Translations under genes and position numbers: made by a program | Shown: in pieces, positions 26,076 through 39,703 of the stretch | Position numbering within the stretch: the stretch's first letter is position 1 | How the letters are laid out: every line of letters starts with the position of its first letter | The notes under the pieces: generated by a model | What the model was told of the DNA's origin: nothing | The model's input: only the letters and a program-made list of their open reading frames with translations | Databases searched by the model: none | Assembly (NCBI GenBank): GCA_951406725.2 | Contig: OX597822.1 | Coordinates: 30,194,001 to 30,258,000 of the forward strand | Direction of reading: 5' to 3' | Length of the DNA stretch: 64,000 nt | Origin: Octopus vulgaris | Lineage: Eukaryota

Positions 26076-26576
26076 AACGCACACACACATATATACATAG
26101 ATACATACATCCTTACATACGTACATAAACACATACACAAGTACATGCATATATGCATACATACAAATATACCCTGTTGATGTTGAAAGAAACCTTGGAA
26201 TAGGTTACAAACCGGCTCTTTCTCTTTTGGCAAGAAATCTTGAAATAAAGCTGAATAATGACATACATACATACAGATGTATGTGTGTGTATGTATGTGT
26301 GTGTGTGCATGTGCGTGTGTATGTGTATGCATATATGTGTACGTGAGTATGTATATATCACTGGAGTTCAAGGCGTACACTGATTTATAATATAAAGGGT
26401 AATAAAAATATTCATAAATCCTGATTAATGTTTTTGTTTTAAGAGGAACAAATTGCAGAAATTACAGAAAACAATCCTGACCCTTCCGCCCCCATATATA
26501 GAGAAAATAGATCTTGCCTGAGTTAAACAGTCAAAGTATGCGTACATACATACACACACATATATATATATATATA

Positions 26577-26724
26577 CAAATTGAGATAGGGGTTGTAAAT
26601 GCAACCTTCCATGGGATAACATATATCCAATATACTGCTAGTGAAGTACCCAACAAAGTTAATACATAAATGTTAAGGACTGCGATGCATTCATTTACTG
26701 TATTATATGGGCAAAGGTAGTATC
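26577..26724 (-). mobile_element. Solo terminal fragment of the 33865-34347 family
   Basis: Shares CTAGCAGTATATTGGATATATGTTATCCCATGG and the GGTTG-loop-CAACC hairpin; (TA)n on both sides. Confidence 0.7.
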
Positions 26725-26727
26725 TTG

Positions 26728-26815
<88 letters not shown>

Positions 26816-27045
26816 TGTGTATGTGTGTGTGTGTGTTTATGTGTGTGTGTACTGGAAACAAAGCGTATACTGTCTTCAAATATTTCCACTTAACTTTAGT
26901 AAATAAACATCGTAATATGTAGTACATACAATTTGTGGTACATACTGAGGTCAAAAGAAACTTTGCTTTTCTTATTGAAAGCATTCTCAATAATTTCTAA
27001 AACTTACGCCATTTATGACAGCAATGGTACAATAATGTTTCTATA

Positions 27046-27085
<40 letters not shown>

Positions 27086-27299
27086 CACATATGCGCAAAC
27101 ATTATTAATTACCTGATATTTAGCGTGTTTGTGTGTGTGTGTAAGTATATTTAAATATTTAAAGAATATAGAAAACGTGCATAATAAAGACTAACACCTA
27201 GTAAATATACAGAATTTACCTGTAAAGACAGGCGTTAACAACGTGAATAGACGATAAAGAAGGCGTGGTTATTGTAAATAAATATATCCATATACATAT

Positions 27300-27522
27300 A
27301 TGAGTATGTATGTATGTATGTATGTATGTATGTATGTATGTATGTATGTATGTATGTATGTATGTATGTATGTATTACGTGTGTATGTATGTATGTATGT
27401 GTGTGTGTATGTATGTATGTGTGTATGTATGTACGTGTGTATGTATGTGTGTATGTATGTTTGTGTGTATGTATGTATGTTTGTATGTATATATATATGT
27501 GTGTGTGTGTATAAATATATAT

Positions 27523-27558
<36 letters not shown>

Positions 27559-27593
27559 CATACATACTTAAACATATACATATTTATATATCC

Positions 27594-27653
<60 letters not shown>

Positions 27654-28080
27654 TCATATACCTAAATATATATATTCACACACACACATACCCATACACA
27701 CACATACACACGCACACACACACACACACACACACGCACACACACATATATTTGCATATATTTGTCAGTATTGTTGGTGACATACTGACTGATTCAAGCG
27801 TCAACAAATAACTCTGTTCTCTATAGTTGGTGAGTTGGTATTGGATTTCCAGTAAAGTTTAAGAAGCATCATTTAAAAAGAGAAAGGTAATCCCTGTCTT
27901 TGTGTTTCTCTGTCTCCATCCTTATGTCTGACCATCTCCTCTCTCTCTTTCTGAATCTCTGTCTATCTTATTTGAATATTATTGTTTCTTCCTTGTTAAC
28001 CTTCATCCATCCATCCATCCATCCATCCATCCATCCATCCATCCATCCATCCATCCATCCATCCATCCATCCATCCATCC

Positions 28081-28151
<71 letters not shown>

Positions 28152-28297
28152 CATCCATCCATCCACCCATCTATCCATCCATCCATCCATCCATCCATCC
28201 GTCCGTCCGTCCGTCCGTCCAACCAACCATCTAGTTCTCTACGCTCTTCCCTTTCACTTTCTTGATATGTGTGTGTGTGTGTGCGCGCGCGCATCTT

Positions 28298-28331
<34 letters not shown>

Positions 28332-28345
28332 AATATATATATGTA

Positions 28346-28387
<42 letters not shown>

Positions 28388-28429
28388 TATATATACATAC
28401 ATATATATATATATATGTATATATGTATA

Positions 28430-28465
<36 letters not shown>

Positions 28466-28620
28466 CATACACACATACACACATATATAAATATATATAT
28501 GTATGTATATATATGTACATATACATACACGCACACATTTACATATACATATACATGTGTGTATATGTACACACACAAATACACACACACACACACACTC
28601 ACAAACACAACACACGCTTG
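27300..28620. repeat. Compound microsatellite field (TATG, CA, TA, CCAT, CTAT)
   Basis: Directly visible. Confidence 0.95.
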
Positions 28621-28907
28621 CATATAAATATATGCAAAGTAGATGCTTTTAAAATCTTTAAATCACTCTCCTTTAATCTCTTAATGTATATATAAGTGCG
28701 TGTATGTTTGTTTGCTTGTTTGCTTGTGTGTGTGTGTGTGTGTGTGTGCGTGTGTTTCTGTGTGAATTAGTGTGAACTAGCTGGTATTAGTATGTTTGTT
28801 ATGGCATCCAGTTATTCTATTCTCAGTTCCGTCATGTACAGTCGCCTAGACAAGAATGACTGAATATTTATGCATTATTGGTTTGTAAGTCAATAGGTTT
28901 TTCTCTG

Positions 28908-29215
28908 TGGAGGCGCAATGGCCCAGTGGTTAGGGCAGCGGACTCCTGATCGGAGGATCGCGGTTTCGATTCCCAGACCGGACGTTATGTGTGTTTATTG
29001 AGCGAAAACACCTAAAGCTCCATGAGGCTCCGAGAGGGGTTGGTGACGACCCCTATTGTACTCTTTCGCCCCAACTTTCTCTCACTCTCTCTTTCTGTTT
29101 CTTGAGTAACACTGCGATGGACTGGCGTCCCGTCCAGCTGGGGGGAACACATACGCCATAGAAACCGGGAAACCGGGCCCTTGGGCCTGGCTAGGCTTGA
29201 AAAGGGCGCATAAAA
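28908..29215 (+). mobile_element. SINE family B2 variant
   Basis: B1-type head TGGAGGCGCAATGGCCCAGTGG with B2-type tail and A-rich end. Confidence 0.88.
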
Positions 29216-29814
29216 AAAAATAAAGGTTTCTCACTACAAATTAAAGATTTTTAGTGTAAGAATGTATTGAATATTTTATACTTTCTACAACAAAACAAAC
29301 TAAAATACTCTCTTTCCCGCATGCATACATTCAGATATACATACATACATTTACATGATGTTCGAAATGAATAAATATCTTTGAATCAGTCGTAGATGCT
29401 GAAGGTGTATTCATAGAAATATCTTATAATAATGCTTTTTGAGTATATGTGCAAATTTTTATTAAAATACGTTTGGATTTTGCAAGATGATACTGTTTCA
29501 TTAAATTACCGAATATATCCCTAGATAGCTGTCACTCACTGTATATATGTGTGTACGTATTTACGGTCTTGTCCCGTCACATAGTGGTACGACAAATAAC
29601 TATCGATGGATAAGAACCCGACTTAAAAACAAGTACTGGGACCAATATGATCCCCTAAATCTTTAGCCACAGTCCAATGGCTGAAAGTAGTAAAATAGTA
29701 TAACCGATGCGCACGCGTACACACACACACACACACACACGAACTCACAATCATACAGGCACACACGAATGCACACACGCGCACACACAAATACCTACAT
29801 ACCTACACATATAT

Positions 29815-30201
29815 GGATGGAAGCACTCCGTCGGTTACGACAACGAGGGTTCCGGTTGATCCGAATCAACGGAACAGCCTGCTCGTGAAATTAACGTGTA
29901 AGTGGCTGAGCACTCCACAGACACGTGTACCCTTAACGTAGTTCTCGGGGATATTCAGCGTGACACAGAGAGTGACAAGGCCGGCCCCTTGAAATGCAGG
30001 TACAACAGAAACAGGAAGTAAGAGTGAGAGAAAGTTGTGGTGAAAGAGTACAGCAGGGATCACCACCATCCCCTGCCGGAGCCTCGTGGAGCTTTAGGTG
30101 TTTTCGCTCAATAAACACTCACAACGCCCGGTCTGGGAATCGAAACCGCGATCCTATGACCGCGAGTCCGTTGCCCTAACCACTGGGCCATTGCGCCTCC
30201 A
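29815..30201 (-). mobile_element. SINE family B1, young, with TSD
   Basis: Nearly identical to 11891-12279; TSD CCTACACATATAT at 29802-29814 and 30202-30214; (CCAT)n tail. Confidence 0.95.
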
Positions 30202-31080
30202 CCTACACATATATATATGCAGTATGTATGAATGCTACTGTGCATATGAATGTATAACATAAGCACACACAATAATGTCTATACACACACACAAACACAC
30301 ACACGCATGCGTACCGATTTACTCCATAACTAGGAACCAAATTCCACCTACACCTCCCCCGATATTTCTTTGAATTGTTTCAAGTTCCATTCAATATAAT
30401 TATGAAATCTACGCTATTAGCCACTGGCATTAAATCTCTCCATCCTCATAAAGCTAAATGTCACAGATAATAATATTTTTCTTCAAATAATAATGACTAT
30501 ATCAGCAGTTTTACATTAGTACATGCACTTTTGTTTACCCAATATCTATTTAAAATATTAAACGGGTTTAAAGCTCATGGGAAACGTTCCTTTCATTTTA
30601 TCTAATAAATTTAACTTGAATTAAATGGTGTTATAAGGTCAGCAAGCATATTCTAAATAAAATGTCAGGCTACGATAGATATGCAGGAATTTAACTTAAT
30701 CTCATGCTCAAGAGTCGGTGGTGTGACATCATTTCCACCGGGTGTGGTGATGTAATTGTGCAGACGTCTTTGTCTTTAATTCATACATATATAAAATGCG
30801 TCGGCGACGTACGTGTAAAAACATGTAATACATACACTCATTCATATATATGTGTTTGTGTGTGTTTGTATCAAATTGATATATCTATATAAGTAGCGAC
30901 TCCGGTACTCGGGCTGTTCGGGCTTAGCACAAGTAGAAATTTAGTAAAGCCACCGTATATTTGCAAGCTGATTTCGTTACTGCCAACACTGACTTTAAGT
31001 ATGTAACTGCAGCCAATAACTCGGGGTCCATATATATATATATATATATATATAATTTTTCAATTATCTATTCTCACACG

Positions 31081-31432
31081 GCAGGCGCAGGAGTGGCTAA
31101 AATAACAATGCTGGTGTGTTTACGTTCCCGTCATTTAGCGATCCGATAGAATAAGTACTAGGCTTACAAAGAATAAGTCCTGGGGTCGATTTGATCGACT
31201 AAAGGCGGTGCCCCAGCATAGCCGCAGTCAAATGACTGAAACAAATAAAAAAGAATATATATAAATATATATGCATACGCACAGACAAACATACATGCAT
31301 ACATATGTATATATATCACATGGTTCCGGGTTCAGTCCCACTGCGTGACACCTTGGCAAGTGTCTTCTACTATAGCCGACCAAAGCCTTGTGAGTGGATT
31401 TGGTGGACGGAAGCTGAAAGAAGCCTGTCGTA
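31081..31432 (+). mobile_element. Rearranged SINE family A (head plus 3' half, then 5' half)
   Basis: 31081-31255 joins head directly to tail; the missing 5' body follows at 31317-31432. Confidence 0.8.
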
Positions 31433-32149
31433 TGTGTGTGTGTGTGTGTGTGTGTGTGCGCGTATGTGCATGTGTGTGTGTTTGTGGACATGCGCTTGTG
31501 TGAGTGTCTGTGGACATGTGCTTGTGTGTGTGTGTCTGTGTGTGTGAGTGCGTGTGTTTGTGTTTGTGAGTGTCTATAAAACATTGGACAACGTTGTTTA
31601 TGACTAGGGAAGTTAGCTGTTTCTGACGGATTTCAGCTTTTAACATCGCTTCAGTAGAGAGCAATAACTTGGTTTCCTGAGAAAAGGGAAGACTAACATA
31701 TAATTGTTTACAATGTGAATATATTGTGACAGTACTAAACCGGTTTGTCTAATTTGCATAACAGTGCAGGCATTGGAATCGAAAATTAACAAAAAAAAAA
31801 AAGTAAGTAATATTCAATAACATGATTAAACAAAACTTATGCAGGGATGTAATGCAAACGTGTACTTTTAGTAAACACACATTTTTAGTTCCGATACGAA
31901 AAGTAAATATTGAGGATAATTTTCATGTTTTTTTTAAAATTTTTAATTTATTTTCTGTTCTCTCTGTAACGATTAGTAGGTAGGATGTTGTATTCATCAT
32001 CATAAGATTGTGGTTTCATTTCCTGAATGGGGCAATGTGTTGTTTTCTTGGGCAAAGCACTTCATTTCACATTACTCCAGCAAATTTGTAGTCTGCGAAA
32101 AGTATTGAGCAATCCGTCAGTTTAATGTAACATTGTTTTTATTATAATC

Positions 32150-32238
32150 TTAGAGGGGAACATGTTGAATGAAATCATATTTAACTGACCTTCCTGTATT
32201 TTTCACCCAAAGCCAGTACCATTTTCCATCCCCTCGTA
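32150..32238 (+). mobile_element. Mariner 3' end fragment
   Basis: AGAGGGGAACATGTTGAA...ACCCAAAGCCAG...CCCCTCGTA, similar to 25200-25292. Confidence 0.5.
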
Positions 32239-32299
32239 CACATATATATACACATATTTATGTATATATGTATGTATGCACATATGTATGTTTATACAT

Positions 32300-32400
<101 letters not shown>

Positions 32401-32401
32401 T

Positions 32402-32709
32402 GGGACCCCCTTCGGTCATGACTGACCATGGGATAGCACCTAGAAAGTTACCCTCCCTTGTACAAGTCCGGGCAAGGTTGTTTATGGAAGACCAGCAGTC
32501 GTCCATACATACCGGCCTCCCCTCTCCACGCCACCAGTGTTATCCAAGGGAAAAGCAAATCCGATACAGCTTGGCACCAGTGTCGACGCAACTCATTTCT
32601 ACAAAGTGTCTTGCTCAAGAACACAACACGCAGCCCGGTCCGGGATTCGAGCTCACAACCTCTCGAATGTAAGTTCGTCGCTCTAACCATTGAGCCACGC
32701 GCCTTCACT
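32402..32709 (-). mobile_element. SINE family D (tRNA head, CORE-like block)
   Basis: Minus strand TGGCTCAATGG A-box, CTCGAATCCC B-box, TGTGTTCTTGAGCAAGACACTT. Confidence 0.85.
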
Positions 32710-33364
32710 GTACATATATTCGAATATGTATACACGTGTGATTGTGCGCGAATGGCTATGTATGTACATGCATATATCACTTGGCTATGTGTGTCTGTAT
32801 AAATCCTTTTGTCTGGTGGGTTATCTAACAAGTCTACTGACAGGAAATTTGCATTTTATTTAATGGTATTACATGACGAACAAGTGGGATTAATCAACGC
32901 AAACAAGAAGGAAGGAAAAAAAACTAAAACATATCTACTGACACTTAAACAATCGCATTTTGTTCTCACAGCGCTTCTGCACAAATGTGCAATTATTATT
33001 ATTCATTCCAACGTACATTACATGTAGTGGAGCCGGTATTTTTAACATTTGCATTATGACTATAAATGGTTATCGCTCTAAAAGGAAATTTTGAGATTTT
33101 GAGTTTAGGAACAAAAAAAAAAAACAAACAAAAAAAAAAAGAAAGAAAATGAATAGAAATCCAACTTAACTTAGATGCGTCATGTATGAAAGGCCACAAA
33201 CGTTCTCTTTTTTTTTTTAGTTTCTGCACATCATACATACATACAAACATATATCTGCAAACACACACACACACACATTCATTTTCATGCGCGTGTGTGT
33301 GTTACTTGTGGTATAAAGGAGTCGCGTGGTTTAGTGATTAGGGGCGTTGCATTCTTGATCGTAT

Positions 33365-33588
33365 AGGCGGCGAGCTGGCAGAATCGTTAGCACGCAGGGC
33401 GAAATGCTTAACGGTATTTCGTTTGACGTTACGTTCTGAGTTCAATTCCCGCCTAGGTCGACTTTGCCTTTCATACTTTCGAGGTCGATTAAATACGTAC
33501 CAGTTACGTACTGGGGTCGATGTAATCGACTTAATCCCTTTGTTTGTCCTCGCTATGTTTAGCCCCCTGTGGGAAATAAAGAAATAAA
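33365..33588 (+). mobile_element. SINE family C inserted in the tRNA head of an older SINE
   Basis: Full copy; host head 33318-33364 resumes at 33589-33640. Confidence 0.85.
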
Positions 33589-33767
33589 GATTATAGTTAC
33601 CATTCCTGGACCGAGTGATGCGTTGTGTTACTGAGCAAAATGCCCCAGTAAGAATTTCATGGGACACAGAATTCAGAAAGCAAGCCTTACGTTCCTATGG
33701 CTCCAGAAATGTACTTTTACCCTTCTTTCATACAAACATACATACATACATACATACATACATACAT

Positions 33768-33863
<96 letters not shown>

Positions 33864-33864
33864 G

Positions 33865-34343
33865 TACAAAATGAGAAAATGGAGAAACATACCTAAATCA
33901 ATTATCAACCATCAGATAATACCCAATCAATACTTTATTAAACCATTACACAACAGCAATGACATTATACATAATATATTACAAATATAACTAGACATAG
34001 AAATAGAAATAGAAAGTAATTGTATTTTCTATTTCTATTTCTATGTCTAGTTATATTTGTAATATATTATGTATAATGTCATTGCTGTTGTGTAATGGTT
34101 TAATAAAGTATTGATTGGGTGTTATCTGATGGTTGATGATTGATTTAGGTATGTTTCTCCATTTTCTCATTTTGTATTATTAATTTACGGTAATAATTTT
34201 ACCCTTGCCCACATAATACAGTGGATGAATTAATTGCACCGCAATTTTTAACATTTATGTATTAGTCTTGTTGGGTACCTCTCTAGCAGTATATTGGATA
34301 TATGTTATCCCATGGAGGGTTGAATTTACAACCCTATCTCATT

Positions 34344-34347
<4 letters not shown>
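33865..34347 (+). mobile_element. (TA)n-embedded element with 151-bp near-perfect palindrome and extended right arm
   Basis: Arms 33865-34015 and 34026-34176 (2 mismatches, 10-nt spacer). The extension 34177-34347 has a solo homolog at 26577-26724. Confidence 0.75.
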
Positions 34348-34406
<59 letters not shown>

Positions 34407-34699
34407 CCATATATATATATGCACTGCGTATCAACTTATTAGGCAGCTCAGCTTTTTCGCAATAACAGAGTATTTATTCGTTCGAATCCAGATATTTTCC
34501 CACTGCATGATGAGAACACGCATCTGCATGTACTGTACCAAAATAAATATGATCCACCCATACGTAAAGAAACAATAGTCATTTTTGTTAATAGGCATCA
34601 TTTTACCGTCCTAAATTATCAGGTAGGTCTAATAAAAATGCTAATTATGAAAAAACAAACATTCATTATAACGGACTTTATAAACATATATCTATCTAT

Positions 34700-34736
<37 letters not shown>

Positions 34737-34739
34737 TAC

Positions 34740-34805
<66 letters not shown>

Positions 34806-35411
34806 GCATACGTTCGTACATTTTGTGGGCCGATGTAAATCGGTGGAAAGTTTTAATAGTATTTACACTTTAAGGGGAAATAACTGCTTAAAAGCAAGTG
34901 GAATAATAGGTAAATCCAACCATTCAATGAAGAAAGATAAATAATATCATTAGCAGACCAATTAATGGGTAGATATGTTTAACAAAGGGACTTGAAGGTC
35001 ATGATGTAGCATGGCCGCAGTTAAATTACTTACTTAACCCATAAACAAAAACATAATTGTGATATATATATGTGTATGTGTGCGTAAGTGTATTGTGTGT
35101 GTGTGTGTTTGTGTGTGTGTATGCGCATATATATGCTTAAATGCATGAGCTTGTGCATGTTTGTGTACGTACAGATGTGTATTCATGTGTATGTACGTTA
35201 GAGTAATTTCTTTGACATTTAGATTGACACGCACACACGTACACATACATACCCAGACACACAATTTCTCTGTTTCACATACATATATATACATATATGC
35301 AGATACATATATGTATATATACATACACACACATATATATATGTATGTATGTATACATATACATGTATATATACATATACACATATATATGTACATATAT
35401 ACATATATGTA

Positions 35412-35464
<53 letters not shown>

Positions 35465-35582
35465 GTATATATATGTATATATATGTATGTATATATATAT
35501 ATATAGGTATATATATGTATGCGTATATGTATCTGGCTATCTATATATATATGTTATATGTGTGTGTATATATATATATATT

Positions 35583-35635
<53 letters not shown>

Positions 35636-36064
35636 GAATCGCTTTTGTTAATCCTCTCAGTATTCCAGCAATCGTCTTTGAGTCACATTGTTTAAGGTAG
35701 GTCTTGCTATTATATATGAAAGGTCTTTTTTTTTCATTCGTTCTATCTTTCTACATCTGTAGTTCCTCGACGCATGAATGTCACCCAATTTTTCAATGAC
35801 TCTGTAAAAAAAAAAGAAACAAACAAAAGTGAGAGTGTATAAGAGAAGGAACAAGAGAAAGAGGGAGAGAGAGAGAGAGAGAGGGAGAGAGATAGAAAGA
35901 GAGATAGGGAGTGAGAAAGAGGGTGAGTGAGGGTGAGAAACAGAAAAAGAGAACAAGCACAACTGTACACTAATAACTCCATACTTAGCTTCATTGAACG
36001 ACATTCGTACTGTGGATTTGCCCTCTTTGTAAATGCATATCTAACTCCAATTCCACATATATAA

Positions 36065-36130
<66 letters not shown>

Positions 36131-36134
<4 letters not shown>

Positions 36135-36520
36135 TGAGAAGAAAGTGGATACAATAACAAATGGATACATATATATGTGTAATTAAATAATAAGGGTAGA
36201 AGTTGATATTAATCAATTAAAGCCAGTGGCTTAGCATATTTAAAAAATCCAAAGATTAAAAATTGTGTTACATACAAAATTAAGAGGAATGACCATTAAA
36301 GTGGACATCTAATATGCTAAACATAGACGTCAGATCGCCATTACCACGAAGAGTGTGTTCTCAAGAAAAATCTCAGCAAAACGCCAAAATGCCATTTTTA
36401 CATTTTGGCGTTTTGCTAAGATTTTTCTTGAGAACACACTCTTCGTGGTAATGGCGAATTAACGTCTATGTTTAGCATATTAGATGTCCACTTTAATGGT
36501 CATTCCTCTTAATTTTGTAT
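36131..36520. mobile_element. (TA)n-embedded element with 120-bp palindrome and extended left arm
   Basis: Arms 36272-36391 and 36401-36520 (4 mismatches, 9-nt spacer). Related fragments at about 8510-8605 (TTAAAACCAGTGGTCTAGCATAT...AAGATTAAAA; ATGGCGATTTGACGT). Confidence 0.75.
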
Positions 36521-36764
36521 ATATATATACGTGTGTATGTGTGTGAGTGTGAGTGTGCGCGCGTGTGGGTGGGTGTGTTTGTTCGCGCGCGCGTATATGT
36601 ATACGTATATATATACATATCTATTTATATTATATCATATATATTTATACATACATATACATATACATACACACATATATATATATATATATATACGAAC
36701 ACATGTACCCATACGCATATCTTTATAAGGGTAATGATGATGACACTTACATATATATACATTC

Positions 36765-36803
<39 letters not shown>

Positions 36804-36845
36804 CATATATATATACATACATATATATATATATATATGTATATA

Positions 36846-36890
<45 letters not shown>

Positions 36891-37325
36891 CTATATGTTT
36901 ATTAACAGACACACGCAACATGTATCTTATTTTCTATTTTATATAAATCTACGTACCTGACATAAATATACATCAACAGAACACGAAATGGAAATGGACA
37001 TTCTTGCATATGTTTTTTTTATGTTTACAGCCATTTACACTATCAATAATTCTCCTCAACACCTTGAGTAAGTTAGCTTTAACCAGGAAAATCTAAAATG
37101 CATGCATTCACACATATACACACATAAGCACGCACTCAACACAATTGGTGAGAAAATTGCCGTAAACATCTCTGATGTTTACTGAAGGACACTGGTTGAA
37201 CTTCGAAAAAACAAAAAAGACATATACAAAAAGAGAGCAAGTGTTCTGCAGCCTGCAGTAATTCAACAAGGAGAATGCGGATTTTACGAATTTGCATATT
37301 AGTTAATTCAGTTCCTTATATTATG

Positions 37326-37719
37326 CTAGCAGTATCGCCCGGCGTTGCTCGGGTTTGTAAGGGAAATAACTCTATAAGCATTTTTAGACATGTAAAGTAT
37401 AATAGCCATCTCAATATGGCTAACCACAAATGGGGGTGTTACTGTAGCTTTTTACGTTCTGAGATTTAATAATACATTTTTAGAGAGTTACTTCCCTGAT
37501 ATATGCCAAAAATGTATTAAAAATGGGAAAAAATGATGGTAATTTTTTTTTTAATCGTAGACTCATCGGAGACGCGAGCTAATACTCAGAAGGGCTCGAT
37601 ATGAATCACGACTATAAGATACCCGCTTTTGGTTACACTGCACCGCAAAATGTGGGAGTAGTTAGGAATCTAAATCATAGGAGACAGACACCACACAACC
37701 TCACTTTTATATATATAGA
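37326..37719 (-). mobile_element. Non-autonomous Helitron
   Basis: Minus strand starts TCTATATATATAAAA and ends CCCGAGCAACGCCGGGCGATACTGCTAG; 3' end shared with 7229-7613. Confidence 0.8.
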
Positions 37720-38212
37720 TTAGTAAATATAAAATAAACTTGTCTGGAAGTTTATTTTATCGACCTTAGTTTGACGAAAGGCACAGCTGACCTCGGCTGG
37801 TTATTAATCCAGAACGTAAAGGGCTGAGAGAAATACCGGAATGCATTTATTCTGACTCTTCTAATGACTGTGCCAACCCACCACCTTAAATTCTTAGCCG
37901 TCAAATGAGTAAGACGTGGTCGCTCATGCAGCGCATTTGCACTCACAGACTACCTCTGGACTTTCCGGCACTTAATCACTTGTCGAACTTTGAAGGTATG
38001 GGAAGGTGGAGGAAAATGGAACCACACCAACTTGAATGTTACTAATTTTCAGGTGACAAGGCTTCAGCAAGGTGCAATGAAGTGCCTTGCTGAAGAATAC
38101 AACATGCCTCGCGATCCTAGAATCTAACTTACGACCATACCATCCTGAACTTAAGTCTTTACAATTGTATTTTTTAATATAAAAAGAAATGAATCAGCAG
38201 GGAGTGAATGTT

Positions 38213-38516
38213 GTTGTTTGTTCCTTCTCGAGCCATGCCTGGCTCATAAAGGCCGGTTTCCCGGTTTCTTGGCGTATAGGTTCCCCACCTGGACGGGACG
38301 CCGGTCCGTCGCAGGTGAGCTGCAAGATGCAGTAGGAAAGAGTGAGAGAAAGTTGTGGCGAAAGAGTCAGCAGAAGTTTTCCATTACCTTCTGCCGGAGC
38401 CGCGTGGAGCTTAGGTGTTTCGCTCATAAACACACACACCGCCCGGTCTGCGATTCGAACCCGAGATCCCTCGATGCGAGTCTGCTGCTCTAACCACTAG
38501 GTCATGTGCCTCCACA
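38213..38516 (-). mobile_element. SINE family B2 with TSD
   Basis: Homolog of 12562-12845; TSD CAGGGAGTG(A/C)ATGTT at 38198-38212 and 38517-38531. Confidence 0.9.
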
Positions 38517-39373
38517 CAGGGAGTGCATGTTTATCAAAAATACTTATGTAAATTTATTAAAATTTACCTACATTTCACTGTAGTTAATAAAGCCAGTCAG
38601 TGAATTACAGAGATAAGAATGCGAGACATATGCATAAAATCGGCGCCTTCTATTCATTGCATTTTTTGTAAGCTGTAACCTTTTTGCTCTCTTTGTGAAC
38701 GCCTCCGATGATCTGGCAATAACCAGTGAAATATAATCCTTGAATTTGTGCTTTAAATAGAGCACTGTGGTTTAAACGTAGACATTATTTTCACAGCGGG
38801 ATTGAATGTACCTGAACATACTAATGTGAATTTATTCGAAGCGATTGTACTTTTATGTTAGATATTGAAAGCTAAGTAGAAATGTTCAAAGAATTTTCAA
38901 TGTGGGATCCAGACTGATTCTGTTGTGAAACATTGTGAGAACTGATATTCATTTCATGTTACTGAATTTTCTTCATCATTAATACTTTTCAATTGATGGT
39001 GTGAAAGTTTTCGAATCTAACCCACTTCCAAAATATTTTACCCGAATTTCATGAAAGTTTTCACATGAGTAAAATACATTCTTCTTTACTTCTATCAAAA
39101 TAAATTGCAGCAGGGGAATGTAGAATGTTTCGGGCGTTTTAAGTCCACAAACCAGTTTATACCCCCAATTGAAACTATATTACTATAATATTAGCATTAA
39201 ATTTCTTGAAAATTTTAGAGAATTATATCCAGTTGTACACAAAGTCCATGAGTGGCATTGCAGAGGAAAACAACATTAAGATCTATAAAATGATTATCAG
39301 TTGAGCACTGGAAATTGAATCCTTCTTTTTAAATTTTCGGATCCTACAGGATCCCCAAAATTTGAAACCATAA

Positions 39374-39530
39374 AAGGCGGTGAGCTGGCAGAATCGTTAT
39401 CGCGGCGGACAAAATGCTTAGCGGTATTTCAGTCGGCTCTTCACAATCTAAGTTCAGGTACCTCCCGAGGTCTACTTTGCCGTTCATCCCTTTGGGGTCG
39501 ATAAATTAAGTTAAGTACTGGATCAAAATT
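39374..39530 (+). mobile_element. SINE family C, diverged
   Basis: AAGGCGGTGAGCTGGCAGAATCGTTA... Confidence 0.8.
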
Positions 39531-39601
39531 TAACCGGCTCGACCTGCCTGCATTTATATTTCTTTTGTACTCATAAACGTAGTAAATATTTTAGTTCAAT
39601 T

Positions 39602-39703
<102 letters not shown>

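Noticed and set aside
28908-28985. tRNA gene
   Set aside because: A/B boxes are present but it is a SINE head with no acceptor stem, continuing into a repeat body; the same holds for the other heads.
34270-34345. HDV-like ribozyme in the palindrome extension
   Set aside because: I could not build the nested double pseudoknot by eye; left as a computational check.
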